Source: Mizuhopecten yessoensis
Lineage: Eukaryota
Length of the DNA stretch: 64,000 bases
Direction of reading: 5' to 3'
NCBI RefSeq assembly: GCF_002113885.1
Contig: NW_018403513.1
Location: 1,216,726-1,280,725, forward strand
Shown: piece after piece, positions 49,786 through 63,254 of the stretch
How positions within the stretch are numbered: the first letter of the stretch is position 1
Layout of the letters: each line of letters opens with the position of its first letter
The notes under the pieces: model-generated
Told to the model about the DNA's origin: nothing
What the model saw: only the letters and a program-made list of their open reading frames with translations
Database searches by the model: none
Made by a program: the position numbers and the translations under genes

Positions 49786-52700
49786 ATAATGCAAGGCACC
49801 GATACATTGAGGAATGTAGACAAACTCTCCACAAGAACATATAAAAACACTGTAAAATATGAAGCCTGTTACAAAAATGGACAACTACATCACAGGCACG
49901 TACATAAGGAGATATAGATTAATTGGCGTGCCTATTTTAAACCTGACAAATATATCACAAACACGTACCTAATGAGATTGACTAGTGTGGACAGATGTTG
50001 GTCGGTCCGGTGATGGAGGAATGTTCTGAGTGGTGGACACAGTGGACAGATGTGACAGAAACGGAGTTTGTTGTTGGTGCCCGATGACTTTGTGTCTAGT
50101 GGAGGCAAATGGTTCAGTGGATTGCAGACCACTTGTAACTTGAACACTGTAGTAACATTGTGTGTTGATCGGAGTAGATTACAGCCTACTCGATTATAGA
50201 CAGCCGTGCAATACTTGACTACGCTGAGTAGAATACTGCCTATTCTGTTATTGTTCATGTTTGTCAAAGAAGTATTTGGTGCAACATTGTTTTACCATGT
50301 GATTATTGTGTATTTGTGAAAAGTGTGAAAGTGAGAAAGAGAATGCTTTGTTTCTGTAAACAAAGTATCTTTTAATCTTTAATGTTGTTTATAAGCGTTG
50401 ACAATTTTTGGATCGAATATAACGTTAATGTTATCATCTTGCCAATTATTTCGTCTTTGTGGGTAACATTTTCACATTTGTGCTATTGTTCCAGCTGTAT
50501 GAGTCATCCTATTTGTATATTTATATGGCGTCCTTTGCCTTATCCGACAGGATTTTGCGTAGTATCCATGGTTTTCAGTTTAAAAAGTTATCTTTGATCG
50601 ATGTGGTCAATAAATTAATGTAACTTTCGAAAGACAGCGAATCGTCGATTTTCTGAACTTGAAAATGAAGGACTTGAATATGTTTTTGTTACCAGTCCAG
50701 ACGGGTTTTTCAATTTTATCTCCATACGAAGCCAAACACAAATCGACCAGAAGAGGGGCACATGGTGGTTTCCAGCGAATGCATTCAGACTGCTTGAAGG
50801 ACTTGTTTTAATGTATGTTCCTGCACAGAAAAAACTGTATATTCCTCATCGCAAAAGACACTCCATACATGCCGGCAGACGTTGAGCCTACACTGTTTCG
50901 TGGAAAGAATTGACAGAACATGAGCTGGAATATGTCATTGATACACTTTTCTGACCTCCAGAACAAGCTGAAAATCAATACATACAAACATTAAAAGACC
51001 AAACGGAATTTAGCTTAGGTTAAATTCTTGCCAAGTAATCTCTGATAAACTGCAAATACAAAACGACCTTTTGTGTGGTAAAAGTTGTTCTTATATCTTA
51101 AATTACCGATTTTATTAAGGTATATAGAGTATCATATTCATCACATCCGATTTAATGGAACCTTTTAACGGAACCTTTCATCATATTTATATCACAAAGA
51201 AAACAGGGACGGGGAAAGGTTCCCGAAGAAAAATCAATAACATGGATGGAAGCAGTAAGGTACATGTAAATATCGACAGGCTGAAAGTGGAAAGAACGTA
51301 AACAGCGATAGGTTTGCCTCTACAAATGTACATGTATATACCTCATCAACAAGAAGAATGAAAACATCATAGCATTTACACAACTTTTCAGCAAAGATCC
51401 TCTGACCAGTAATATCCTCTGAAAAAGACCACGTGATATGATTATACCAAGGTGTTAAATTAGACAAAAGGCAGCAGACGAATCACAGCTTCTTAACCTA
51501 ACCACGTGATTTGACGATGAATCGTGTTATCAGATCAATATTAAATCAGAAATCATTTTGTGTATATAAGTTATTAACAAACGAAGCACAACTGCCTGTC
51601 AGTTATTTGAAGACGTCTTCAGAGTCTTACTGGGTTTTCATCTTCCAAGGTATGAATATTTCTTTTATTATTCTTTGTCTATAAGGGTTTATATTGTTAT
51701 CATACAAATGGTGGCTTTAAAACTCAACCCTTTATTACCATAGCCGTTTAAAAGTAAAATATTCTTCTAAAAGGTTTTATGTAACAAATATCCTTAAAAA
51801 GTTATATCAGGAATTAAATATGTAGGGTGCTTTTTTGGCGTTTTCTGGGCTTTTGATTATAGTTTTTAATAAGTTTGAAATAATTAGTGCAAAATGGTGA
51901 ACAGTCTGCATTTCATTTGCTAACGATGTTGTGATGAGTAGCAGTTTATTCGAAACTGTTGTTAGCGGCACCTAATATTGGCGAGGCCGACTTACAATTT
52001 TGTTACAAAATCTACAAGGATGAATTTAACTGTATTACAGACAACTAAAACTCGTATATATAAGCTAAAAATAAGTATTTATATTCTAAATCCTTAATGG
52101 TTAAGGAAAGGGCTTTTCATATTGTTATAACAATAATAATAATAAATAATAATATATTGTATAACAATGCAGTATACGGTATCATCCAAGTCAATGTAAC
52201 TTAAAATTTAGTAATCCTACAATATAATTGAATTGTGAACACTTGCTTATCACACAATTGTTACTGAATGATATGGTTAAAGCACTAGCATAGTCAAATA
52301 TACATACAATGTTTATATAGCCAAGGGTAAAACATGACAATATATCCACTAATACAGTGTGTATTCAAATGAGACAATAATGTCGGTGGTGTAAAAATTA
52401 ATGTATAATAGAAAATTAGCACATGCCATTTCCCTTTTACCAGAAACAATAGGAAGGAAACTGTATTTATATATAACATCAAAATAAGGGAGATATTCAC
52501 AGATACGCTATTCATACGATAGATTAAATATCATAAAAGAAATGTTTTGAAATTAACACTTAAAGACTAGTTGTAGTACATATATAAAATACGGTGGTAT
52601 ATAGCTAAGATTTTTTAAAGTAGTGATTCAATAATATGCTTTTTAAACCCCCACACAAATAACCGTTTAAGATAGTTGACACATACACTTTGTTTCATAC

Positions 52701-53820
52701 AGAAAATCTAGTTGTTCTAGGAAAACATATAGGCTATAGTACCGGGGGATTCACAATGTAGAATTTTATAAGAAAGAAACATTTTTCTAAAACGAAAAAA
52801 AAAAAAAACTTTTCAAAATGGGACCTGGAGGGAATAAGAATGTCATTGTTGTTGATTTCATACCGAAAAAACCTCTTCTGTTAATAACATTTTCTGCCAC
52901 ATATGCCAGGTATATACTATCCCTAGATAGACTTTACAGCGTACACTGGAAATTCAATATTGATTTCTCAATGTCTTTAGTTCAAAAATACATATGTTGG
53001 AGGGAGAATTAATGACCAAAACTATGCAATATTAATCATTTAAAGGCATTCAATAAGCTACAAAAACATTCCGGTCTTACTACCTAAAATGTATAATATT
53101 ATTTGTTTTAGAATACTGTTGAGAGATCGGCATTTTATTGTTAGTTTGGTTCTTTTATGATTATTTTTGTTTATATATTGCAGTTCTCGTTAACACATTT
53201 ATCACGATTTAATGCTCTATTCTATAAAAATACCAATTTTGGAAGGAAAATTCGCCCAGCCAACATTTGGAGCCCCTTACATCCTTTTGGAAAAACATAA
53301 ATGCAATTTAATAAAGTGAATATGAAATAAAGAATATAAATCGATCCAAATAATAACTACAACTTCAAAATGATTTTTATTTCTCATAATTTTAAGCGGC
53401 TATTTCCCGTACTTTGAAGCCTATATGCATTTAGTTAAGTAAAGGAGAGGTGCTAATTGTTATCCTCTGCTTGCTATCCCTGTTAAGTTTTATGTTTTGT
53501 ATAAATATGCATAAACAAACCTTTGGCTATGTCATCAGGATATGATATAAAAGTAAGGTCAGTTTGGAGACCATTTCGATATATTAGATGGTTAGTGTGG
53601 GACCCAAATCCTCAACAGCCCATTTGTGACAAAACTAGATGTTATTTTCGAACCTTTCTGCATAATAATGGAAATGTTGTGTTGCATTACAGGTGCTTAT
53701 ATCGTTTTCTAAATGAATACATTTTAGCACAAAGTTGTAAGAAGAAGGTCACAATGACTTTGTTATATATCGGCAGAATAGTGTCATAGTTCGTTATGCT
53801 ATTTTATACAGCTGAAATTT

Positions 53821-54145
53821 ATAATAGTAATGATAATAATTATTCGAGGTTCTAATACACCGCTTTATCACAACCTTGATCGTAGGTCATCTCAAAGCGG
53901 TTCACAAAATATAATCCGTAGTTATAGGGCCTTTGTAACCAGCCAATATCTTTCTCAATCCCTTGGGAATATACAGCGGGTGCTGCTATTTCAGCGCTCA
54001 CAGCTAGCATTCAACAATTCTAGCAATGCCCAACCACGTACTGATTTACAGATGAGTAGACTGGAACAAGCAGAGTTAAGTATATCTTTCTCAAAGATAC
54101 AACACAGGGGAGCCCGGTGTCCTACCACTAAACTACCTCGCCTCC
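53821..54145 (-). mobile_element. CORE-like SINE copy (B-box region deleted)
   Basis: Reverse-complement match to the 15989 and 58005 copies. Confidence 0.78.
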
Positions 54146-54756
54146 GATAACTCTATTGTGTGCATAAATACACATTGAACCATACACAAATCTTCCAAAA
54201 ATTATATTTAGAATTTCTAAGCCTTATCTCAGGAAATGGAGTTTTAAGAGAGCTTGTGTACTTTCTTTTTACTTATTATTCATAGTTGCTGCGAGGTTTT
54301 TAGAAAAAAGGTCAGGTAATAACAGTTATTTTTATTAACTTGGCCATGCATCTGACTTTCAGATATACTTATTCACAATGAAACACAGAATTATATCTGA
54401 ATACTTACCCTCTGATACTAAACATGTTAGTATACCTCGTTACCTTAATGCAATTAAACGCTTGAGTTTTGTATGCCGGTACTTTGAACAGGTTAAGAAT
54501 ACTTTAAGGTGCAATGATAAATGATTGAGATAAGGGATGCACGTGAAAGTACTGACTCCTAAAATATTGACATATTGGAGGTATTCTAACACGCACCTGA
54601 CATAAGTGTGAATATACAGTAGTACTTGCTTCAGATTCATATAAGTAGTTGTTTTCACTTGCAAATAACGTAAATCATTTGCTTACCAGCCAGCACTGCT
54701 TACATTGCAAAGATATTTATACTATTTTCATATTTTTAAAAACTGTGCTAGACGTA

Positions 54757-56250
54757 CACTACACACTGCGTGGAGGCATAGGATCCCCAAGTTTCGCTGT
54801 GGTGGGTATGTTCCCCGCCACCGTGACTCTACGTTCAGTCCCCCACTAGCACTCCACGGTGGAACGGCACGATTTCTCCAAGGTGAGAAATCGCGCTAAA
54901 ATAGCTCAGTTCGCAACACGATTTCTCACCCCTGCTCGATTTCTTACCCGGTTGAGAAATCATGTTATGAGTAAGCATATTGCCCGTTGCCATGAGTTCG
55001 AACACTGATTTTTGATTTGGGGGATTGGTTATATTTAGGCTTGTTTATTTAAAAACTCCTACGCAGACTTCAAACTTTTTCAAACTTCAAGGAACTTCAA
55101 TTTTTAGCTCACCTGGTCCTTAGGTCATACCGCAGCATCCGTCGTCCGTCGGTCCGTCCGTCAACCTTTCCTTTAAATTGCTACTTTATATCTAAATAAT
55201 AGATTTATAAACTTCCATGTGATAAGCAATTGGCGGCCTCGTTTCCAGAAAACTAGTGGCAGTCATTAATAAATCATTTTCACATTATAGCTCTAATCGG
55301 CCACCGTGAATGTCTACCGACTCGTCGCCTCACTGAATATATGTGACCAAAATACATCACATGATTAAAAATAGGGTTCACTTTATCATAACAAAATGTA
55401 TCGGATTTTGTTTGCATCGGATTTGCAGCTAAAGCATTCCAGTGCATAAATAATTGAAAACATGTTCACTGGAGTTTAGAAAGCTGTTACGACAGGTATT
55501 ACCTAATATAATTTAAAATGCGTTAAACTTTCCGCAACACCTATCACAGTCTCAATAATGTTGGAACACTGGTTTGTTTATATGTCTCTTCTCGGGTCCG
55601 GTTGTGGTCTTTTTAGTTAGTTTCAAGTTACTTTGTTTTATTGTATATCAAATATTTTTACTCACCTGCCTCGAAGTGTCTGTAATGCTATGCTGTGGTA
55701 TCGTACGTCGGTATTCTATCAACTATATGTATGTACCACCTGTGCCAAGTCTTAATATTTGACCAGCAGATACCTTCAACGGTTGCGGAACACTTGACTT
55801 ACTTTTAAGGTAACTTTGGTCTTAAAGTTAAACATTTCAAACAAAGTTATATAACAAAAACACTTGTATATGCTATAAAGACCAGAAGTGCATTTACTTA
55901 TATGAACAAAACCTTGAAAATTTAGTCTAATAGTCATAGCATAGAAACAATTAGTCAGTGTTTTCTGGGTTTAGATCGACTTTCGGTAAAAAGCATTGAA
56001 TTAGTCAAATACAAAATGTTTAAAATATACATGAACATGCATATCCAAGTTTCCGCCACGCGGTACAAAGGGGTAAAGTGGAGTCATCACGCTCACTCCA
56101 CGTTCGCAACAAACGTGTATAGCCTGTGGAAAATGGATGGGATATTCTCCACGGTGGAGAGTGGAGTTGACTTGTTATATACCTCCCGTCCACGTTATGG
56201 AACGCCACCGTGAAACGTGGGGGTCGTATGCCTCCACGCGGTGTGTAGTG
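54757..56250. mobile_element. Non-autonomous DNA transposon with ~48-bp TIRs starting CACTAC, TA flanks (CMC/EnSpm-like MITE)
   Basis: TA|CACTACACACTGCGTGGAGGCATAGGATCCCC ... GGGGGTCGTATGCCTCCACGCGGTGTGTAGTG|TA; subterminal CTCCACGGTGGA motifs at both ends. Confidence 0.75.
55101..55190 (+). mobile_element. 5' fragment of a second HINE
   Basis: tttttagctcacctggtcc... followed by (CGTC)n, as in the 57441 element. Confidence 0.65.
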
Positions 56251-57440
56251 TATTGTACATATGATATTAATATATCTGCACTATAACTGAATGATATATG
56301 AAGTAAATTTAACATTCCATTCAAGATATAAAAGACCTCTACCAAAATGTTAGCCAAAATATCCATCAATGTTATGGAAGAATATAATACTTTATGTGCA
56401 TACCTTAATTTCAATCATCAATTATTTTACAGTGGGTTGTTCTAAACTTAATCAAAGGACTGACCATCGAAATTATAGTGTTTAATTGCATTTAAGTGAT
56501 GAGACGCACTTACTGAATATCAAAGAGTAAGTATTCGGATATAATTCTTTCTGTGTGGACTTATTTACCTGAAAAAATAACATTTCTGTCTTTTCTGCCC
56601 CCAAAACATAGCAATTATAAGTTAAAATGTAGTAAATAAGTATAAATAGTCTTCTCCAACAAAATTCCCAAAAGAAAATATTCAGAAACAAATTCTGTTG
56701 GAAAGGACCCAACATGCCTCCTTGCCGTATTTCACGTTTGTATTTACAAATCATTTGAAGAAATTGTAGTTTTTAGTCATTTTTCATTTGAAGACACCAC
56801 TACGTTTCAATTTTACAACTTTTCCCAAACAAATACAGTTGAGTTACTTGTTATATTGATTTTAAAACAACTCTTGATACGTGTGATGCACCCTTACCGC
56901 CTGTGGCTTCCCGGCAAGCCACTTTTGATAGATATACCTTTAGCAATAGTCCTTTCATATTTAAAGCAATAAGACATTAACTATCCACTATTCATTATAC
57001 ACCCACATATAATTATGTTTTCAGTACAAAAATGACCTGAAATAAAGGTCGTCCTTCTTTATCACATCTTCCAATTAATTATCCCTTACTTCAAAACATA
57101 ACTCATGTTACCAATTTTCCGTATCCATTGATAAACATAGAAAATATTTTGTTAAGATAATAATAGAACATAGAATCGAAATTGAATCTGATAGTTGTGA
57201 TTAACTGAACGTCACAGTATTGTTTTGTCGTGCATCAATATATATATTAATCAAATCCTTACATATATTTTGTTAATCGTAAAGCTCATATTTCGCTTAT
57301 GAAATCCAAACACAGCTGCCTTGACTGGACAATGAACTAATCAATGGTCATTAATATATTTGGTGAAAAACGTTCATGTTACCTGTCTCTACTACTGATT
57401 AGTTTATCAATAAATTAAGATTAAATTGGCAACCCAATAG

Positions 57441-58830
57441 TTTTTTTTTGGTCACCTGAGCTTTGCTCAAGTGACCTATTCTGATCGCGTCCCGTCCTTC
57501 GTCGTACGTAAACTATTTACATTTTCGACTTCTTCTCAAGAACGAGAAGATGGATTTTTTCAAACTTAGTCAGAATCGTCATTGGAAGATGAGGCTACTA
57601 AAATGTAAAATTGGGATTCTAAGCCCAACCCCAGGGGCCAGGGCGGGGCACCAAAGGGAACATTTACCAATATTACAAAATTCTTCTTCTCCAGACTCAG
57701 AGGAACTATAGTCAATTTTGCTGCATGGGTGGAAAGATCATCAGAGGCTTTATGTTAATTGTGAATTTCAGTACCCCTGAGTCATCGTTTCTCCCTTTGG
57801 GAGGGGTCAAATTTACTATCGTTTAAATAGGGACATAATACTTTTAAGTATATTTTGTCAATTTTCAGCAGGAAATTATTCAAACTTTGTTGGAATGATT
57901 ATGATGCCAGATGGCAATCAGATGGTATAAGAAAATCAGATCCTGCCCCATCTCCAGGGGCTAGAGGGGTTGGGCCAAAAAGGGGAAAATGACTGATATT
58001 TAGAAATAATAATAATTCGAGGTTTTTATATACCACTTTATCACAATATAGTTCTTAGGTCGTCTCAAAGTGGTTCACAAATTATTATCCCTGGTTATAG
58101 GGCCTTTGTAACAAGCCAATAACTTTCTAAACTCCCTTAGGACCATACAGCCGGTGCTGCCATTTCGGCGCGCACAGCTAGCATTCAAAAATTCTAGCAC
58201 TGCCCAACATCGTACTCATTTACAGCTGAGTAGACTGGAACAAGCAGAGTAAAATATCTTGCTCAAAGATACAACACAGTGCCGTGCCATGACTCGAACC
58301 CGCAACCCTTCGGTCACGAGCCCGGCGTCCTACCACTAAAGTACCGTGCCTCCATAAAACGCATCTGCACTCAGATGGTACAAGATTCTTGTATTGATGG
58401 AAATGCCCTTAGGTGCATTAAATAAACTGTTAGTTATATTAACCTTTGGCCATCTGTTCTCCTTGGTTTATATAGGGAAATATTGCTTCTGCCTATATCT
58501 TGTCCATTTTTGGCAAGAAATAATTCAAACTTGGTTGGAATATTTATAAAGAAATTGAAATTAAATAATATCAGAAACTTAGATCCTAACCTATCCCAGG
58601 GGTTAGACAAAGAGGAAAAAGGGCTAAATAACGAAAGAAATTATATTTCTCAAAAGCAAAATAATTTATTTGAATAGTTTCTAAAGTTCTTATCCTTTGG
58701 TGACATGACACGTTTTGTATTTCACTTTGTTTACATGTTGATTTCCACATCACATCTAAATAATGAAATTGAGCTACTAGTACCTATAATATAACTCAGG
58801 TGACCACTAAGGCCCTTGGGCCTCTTGTTT
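57441..58830 (+). mobile_element. Helentron-associated non-autonomous element (HINE, pearl/DINE-like)
   Basis: T-rich site; 5' subTIR GGTCACCTGAG with adjacent IR (57450-57476); CGTC microsatellite; 3' subTIR CTCAGGTGACC (58795-58805); terminal hairpin AGGCCC-TT-GGGCCT then CTTGTTT. Confidence 0.85.
58005..58353 (-). mobile_element. CORE-like SINE copy nested in HINE
   Basis: Full-length reverse copy incl. A/B boxes and (TAT)n tail. Confidence 0.82.
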
Positions 58831-59804
58831 CTATTTTGCTTTAAACTTGTCGAAGTCAATGTTTTCTGGTCAGCCGATTTTAAAAGATAAAAATAAAAAA
58901 TCCTTTATTAATGATTTCTTAAACTAATATTCAATTAACAAAACATATTTAAATATTCATGAAATCATATTTAGATATACCCATCAATAAACGAAAATAC
59001 CGTAGTGCCAACAAAACCATGATTCGAACTCAAGATCGATGAAACTAGAGCAAAGAAATAAACAAAGAAAACTTTAACATTGAGATTAAGACCATGTGTT
59101 CCGGAAGGATAAGCGTTTCTTCTTGACAGCACAGTCATGCCAATCTAAGTGAAATCCAAGTAATATCACGTCCAAATACCGAGAACACGGGAAGTGACAA
59201 CAAATCCACAATGCTCCTAATGAGAAAAATTAAAATCTTCGACCTTCATATTACAGACAGAAATAGTATTTTCCCTGTGAGATCCTGATGACAACCATCA
59301 AACTGCATGTTCGGAAAACCTTCTTTGTTAGTTTGTCCGTTTGCAACTTTTTGATATTGGTGAAGGTAGCCAATTTCGTCATATCTCTATTGTTATAATG
59401 TTCAGGAAAGGGCTCTGTTGAAAAATTGTCACAACTTAGAAATGCCGGTTCTACAGGAAATAGCATTTGTTCCGTATTGATAGAATATCAATTTACTCTG
59501 TGATATATAGAAGAAATTGGCAACCCAAGAAAAATGTAAACCTTATCATCATGTTGATTTTTGTAGAAATGATCTGGGAAATGTTGCCTACACTACAATA
59601 CAAAGCACCTCAAATTTACTTTAGTGTCAACTACATACACATATATAAATAAAGCATATGGGGGGGGGGGGGATAACCGTTTATATTATATTCAAACTGT
59701 GTTTGAAACTATTTGCTACAACTTTATCTATATAAGCAATTACGTTTGAATGAACATTACTTTTACATATGAAACTACAAATTTTTTAAATTTTCAGTAA
59801 AATC

Positions 59805-60830
59805 ATGGAAAACTGGAACCTTAGTCTCCAAAACCAAACGTCACACATATTGAACGGAAGTAACGGAAGTATTTCCATCAACGATTATACCGACCGAGTA
59901 GACCAACTCCATTCTGGATTCGCATATTACCTTTTTGAAATCATCTGGCCAATTATTTCGTCGTTGGGGATTGTGGGTAATATCCTGTCTTTTGTGGTAA
60001 TGTTCCAGCTTTCCAAATCATCCTCATTTTATCTATATCTCGCGTCCCTCGCCCTATCCGACATGGCGACGTTGGTTGTCGGGGGAATTTTCCGTGGACT
60101 TACAATGATCGGATTGCACAAGAATATAGAAAACGTTTACGAAACATTGTGTTATGTTGACTTTGACTACGCTCTCATACATGTGTTATCGCAGCTGTCC
60201 TCCTGGATCACAGTTGCCGTCACTGCTGATCGCTACGTAGCTGTCTGTCATCCTTTCCATGTGAAAAAGTACTGTACCAAAAAGCATGCGCTTTGTTACA
60301 TCGGTGTGGCTTTTCTGGTTATCGTTGCTCTCAATTTTCCGAGTATTTGTTTCCAGTGGGATGACGAAAACGCATCATGTGTTGTTCCAGAATTCACCAA
60401 TGACTATTGCTTTAAATACAGTGCCTATATAGAAATGGTCGTTTACGTTCTGGTTCCTTTCTGCCTAATCTGTGTCTTCAATGCTTTAATAATACGGGGA
60501 ATCATCACATCAGCTAGCGGGAGACGCAATATTACTTCAGGTAACGGTAGTAGTTCATCTTCATCAACAAACAACGACTCCACCCTGAGAACAGCAATCA
60601 TGCTGCTTACAGTCACCACGTGCTTTATTTGCCTGTTTCTACCATTAGTAGTGTATACCTTATATGAAATAGTCTACGACAAAATATTGAATTCAAATTT
60701 CATCGCCGCAGTAGACATATGCATTCTCCTGAATCACGCTATCAACTTTGTCTTGTATGGTTTATCGGGACAGCGTTTCAGAGAAAAATTTGCAGCAATA
60801 TTTTGTTTACGACGTTTCGTGCAGAGGTGA
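59805..60830 (+). CDS. Class A (rhodopsin-like) 7TM GPCR, FMRFamide/peptide-receptor-like, single coding exon, 341 aa
   Basis: Seven hydrophobic segments; GIVGN (TM1), LALSD (TM2), ADRYVAVCHP (TM3), VLVPF (TM5), FICLFLP (TM6), NHAINFVLY..SG.RFR (TM7/H8); N-terminal N-glycosylation sequons; splice acceptor ttttcag ending at 59797 just before the ATG implies a 5'UTR intron. Confidence 0.93.
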   Translation: MENWNLSLQNQTSHILNGSNGSISINDYTDRVDQLHSGFAYYLFEIIWPIISSLGIVGNILSFVVMFQLSKSSSFYLYLASLALSDMATLVVGGIFRGLTMIGLHKNIENVYETLCYVDFDYALIHVLSQLSSWITVAVTADRYVAVCHPFHVKKYCTKKHALCYIGVAFLVIVALNFPSICFQWDDENASCVVPEFTNDYCFKYSAYIEMVVYVLVPFCLICVFNALIIRGIITSASGRRNITSGNGSSSSSSTNNDSTLRTAIMLLTVTTCFICLFLPLVVYTLYEIVYDKILNSNFIAAVDICILLNHAINFVLYGLSGQRFREKFAAIFCLRRFVQR

Positions 60831-63254
60831 CAACAATAGAACAGACATCACATATATTCAAATTTCTAGAAAAAAAAAGAGATGTAAAGGATTTTAATGA
60901 CCCCCACTGAACCCGACACGTAAGTATCTATGATGTCACGAACAAGAGTGTTACCCCGAACATCAATGCGAGTTCTCCTCAGTTTCAATAGTTTGACGTG
61001 GCCAATAAAGTGTATACAACGTCATGCAAGGAATTCGTATTGATTTGTTATTGTGTTTGAAGAAGGAATATATTGATATTGATGAAGATATTGTGATTCG
61101 ATGTTTTTCTGTGGTATGTATTTTACTGTATGTGTGGTGTTCTGATGTTTTAATACAACTAATAGTTCAATAAATCTGTCGTTGTGATTTGATATTTCAA
61201 TGCAGTGAATATTCCAATCAAGTATTGTTGTCGACATTAACTACAGTAAATACTTTGGTATACGTATTTTTGTGTTTTGAAGCTTGATTAAAATAAATAT
61301 TTTGATAAATGTTTTTGTGATTTGAATTCTGTTTTACTGTTTTGACACATATATTTTTTCGAAAGAAGAATAAAATAATGTACAAGCTTATACTTTTGAA
61401 TCAAATCTCTCCAAATTCCGGTTTATAATAAGAATATGGATATGCCTCGTTCCTATTGGATTGGATGCTCTTGAAGAATACTAAATTAACGATTTTATCT
61501 CTGGTCCTACTATTTCTTGAAGTAAACCATGTAATAAAGACCTCTTACCGCCGTTCTGTTTACCGTTATATCGGGACATAGTCATATAACGATATCATTT
61601 TTTAACAAGTCGAACTAAAGTTAACGTTTAAAGTCGACGATCTTAACAAAACGCTTGACCGAACTAGAATATTGTGACCAAAAATTGTTTTTCTGAAAGT
61701 TGGATTTTTCCATTCTGTACACTTTTCACAAACAGCCATCCAACAGATACTGGTACAAGATACCTCACACAGTTGTTGTCTTTCTGTAATCCGCTCACGT
61801 AGAGTGTTAATTAAATTATCTTAAGTATACTTTTTGACTTCGTTCTTTTAAAATGACCTTTTAATTCAGCCAGTTACAGCATTGTTTTGTAAATCGTCGG
61901 AACAATACAAGATTGCAAAAATATTCCAAAGTATTTTGGAGGTGATATCAAATATGGAAGCTGCCATTCTGGCTACGCCGAGGACGCCTCAAATTGTGTA
62001 CAGTATAAGAAACATTTTTTTGTTTATGCGGGCTTGTTCTCGTTTTGAGATCGATCAACGATGAGGCAACGATGGGTTAAAAATTCTTGAAAATAGAATG
62101 CAAGCTCACTGAGGAAAGAATAAATCTCATATAACAGGTTATCGAAATACCCTCTTCTCGTGCTGATGGTATAGGTATACAAATACTTATATTCTACGAT
62201 CGTCCGAAAATGAGACTAGCGATAGCGACTAATTACAAAATCACTCTTCAGATATCTTGGTCATGCACATCAAAAATCAAAGGGATACACCAGCGGTTAT
62301 TGCAATTTACAGATAGATAGATACATTATATTAAAATCATTAACGAAACGCAATTGATAAAGCTCTTTTTGCTTGTTTATCAGGACAACAATTTTCAATC
62401 TGTTAATTGTAATACCGATGTAGAGAGTTTTAAAATGGCTGCTCAAGGAATCCAGTAAACTCGGTGTTTTCTTTCTAGGAGTAGTAGTCTCATAAAATAG
62501 ATTAAAAGTAAAGTCAGAAATGCGTAGATATGATCAATGAACGTTTTTCTCTTCTTCAAATAAAATGTAATGTTAGTGTACGAGTACTGTGATTCTGTGT
62601 ACATACAACCAAACTCACGTAAATTACTCCACGAACCACCCGACACTATTTCAATATCGTCTTTGCTGGATGAGAAGGGGGAGTCATTCCAACATATTAC
62701 GTATACCCTCCAAGTTTCAGCAGCTGATCTGCAGTAACATACGACGCACGTTATAGCACTGAAACAGATTACATGGCAAGCTCAATTAAGACACACCTGA
62801 TACCATTCTACAGGTAATACATACATTGTACATGCGAGGCATAAACGTTTCAAAGTCAAATTCAAATAAAGCCTCGTGCTTATACCACAACTGTTTTCCG
62901 GCATGACAGTAGCTTTGATAAATCATTTCTTAAAAGAAAACCATACTTTACGAAACTTTATGAAAAAGGACAAAAATAAACTACAAAGTATAATCAACAT
63001 AATTTTTCTGAGTGTTGAAATTCGGCTTGATCAGGGCTCTAACCCTGAGATTGTAACTTTATTATTACTATACCAGGTCAACGGAAGTGGCCTTGCCCTA
63101 TTATATTTCACTTATATCCAAAACAAAACTAAGGAGATCTCAGTGTCCGCGAAAAACAAGTGGAATTCTCAAGTGTTTTACCTGGAGTCGGAGAGGGAGC
63201 CGTAAATGGCATTGTTGTGCCTCAATTGGTCTATGACCAACAGTAAGAAGCAGG

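Noticed and set aside
51480-51655. Candidate non-coding first exon of the GPCR (donor aag|gtatga at 51650)
   Set aside because: Only a donor-like motif; no transcript evidence available
59280-59320. Hammerhead ribozyme core (CTGATGA...GAAA)
   Set aside because: No stem II or flanking stems; other CTGANGA hits inspected by eye also lacked the fold
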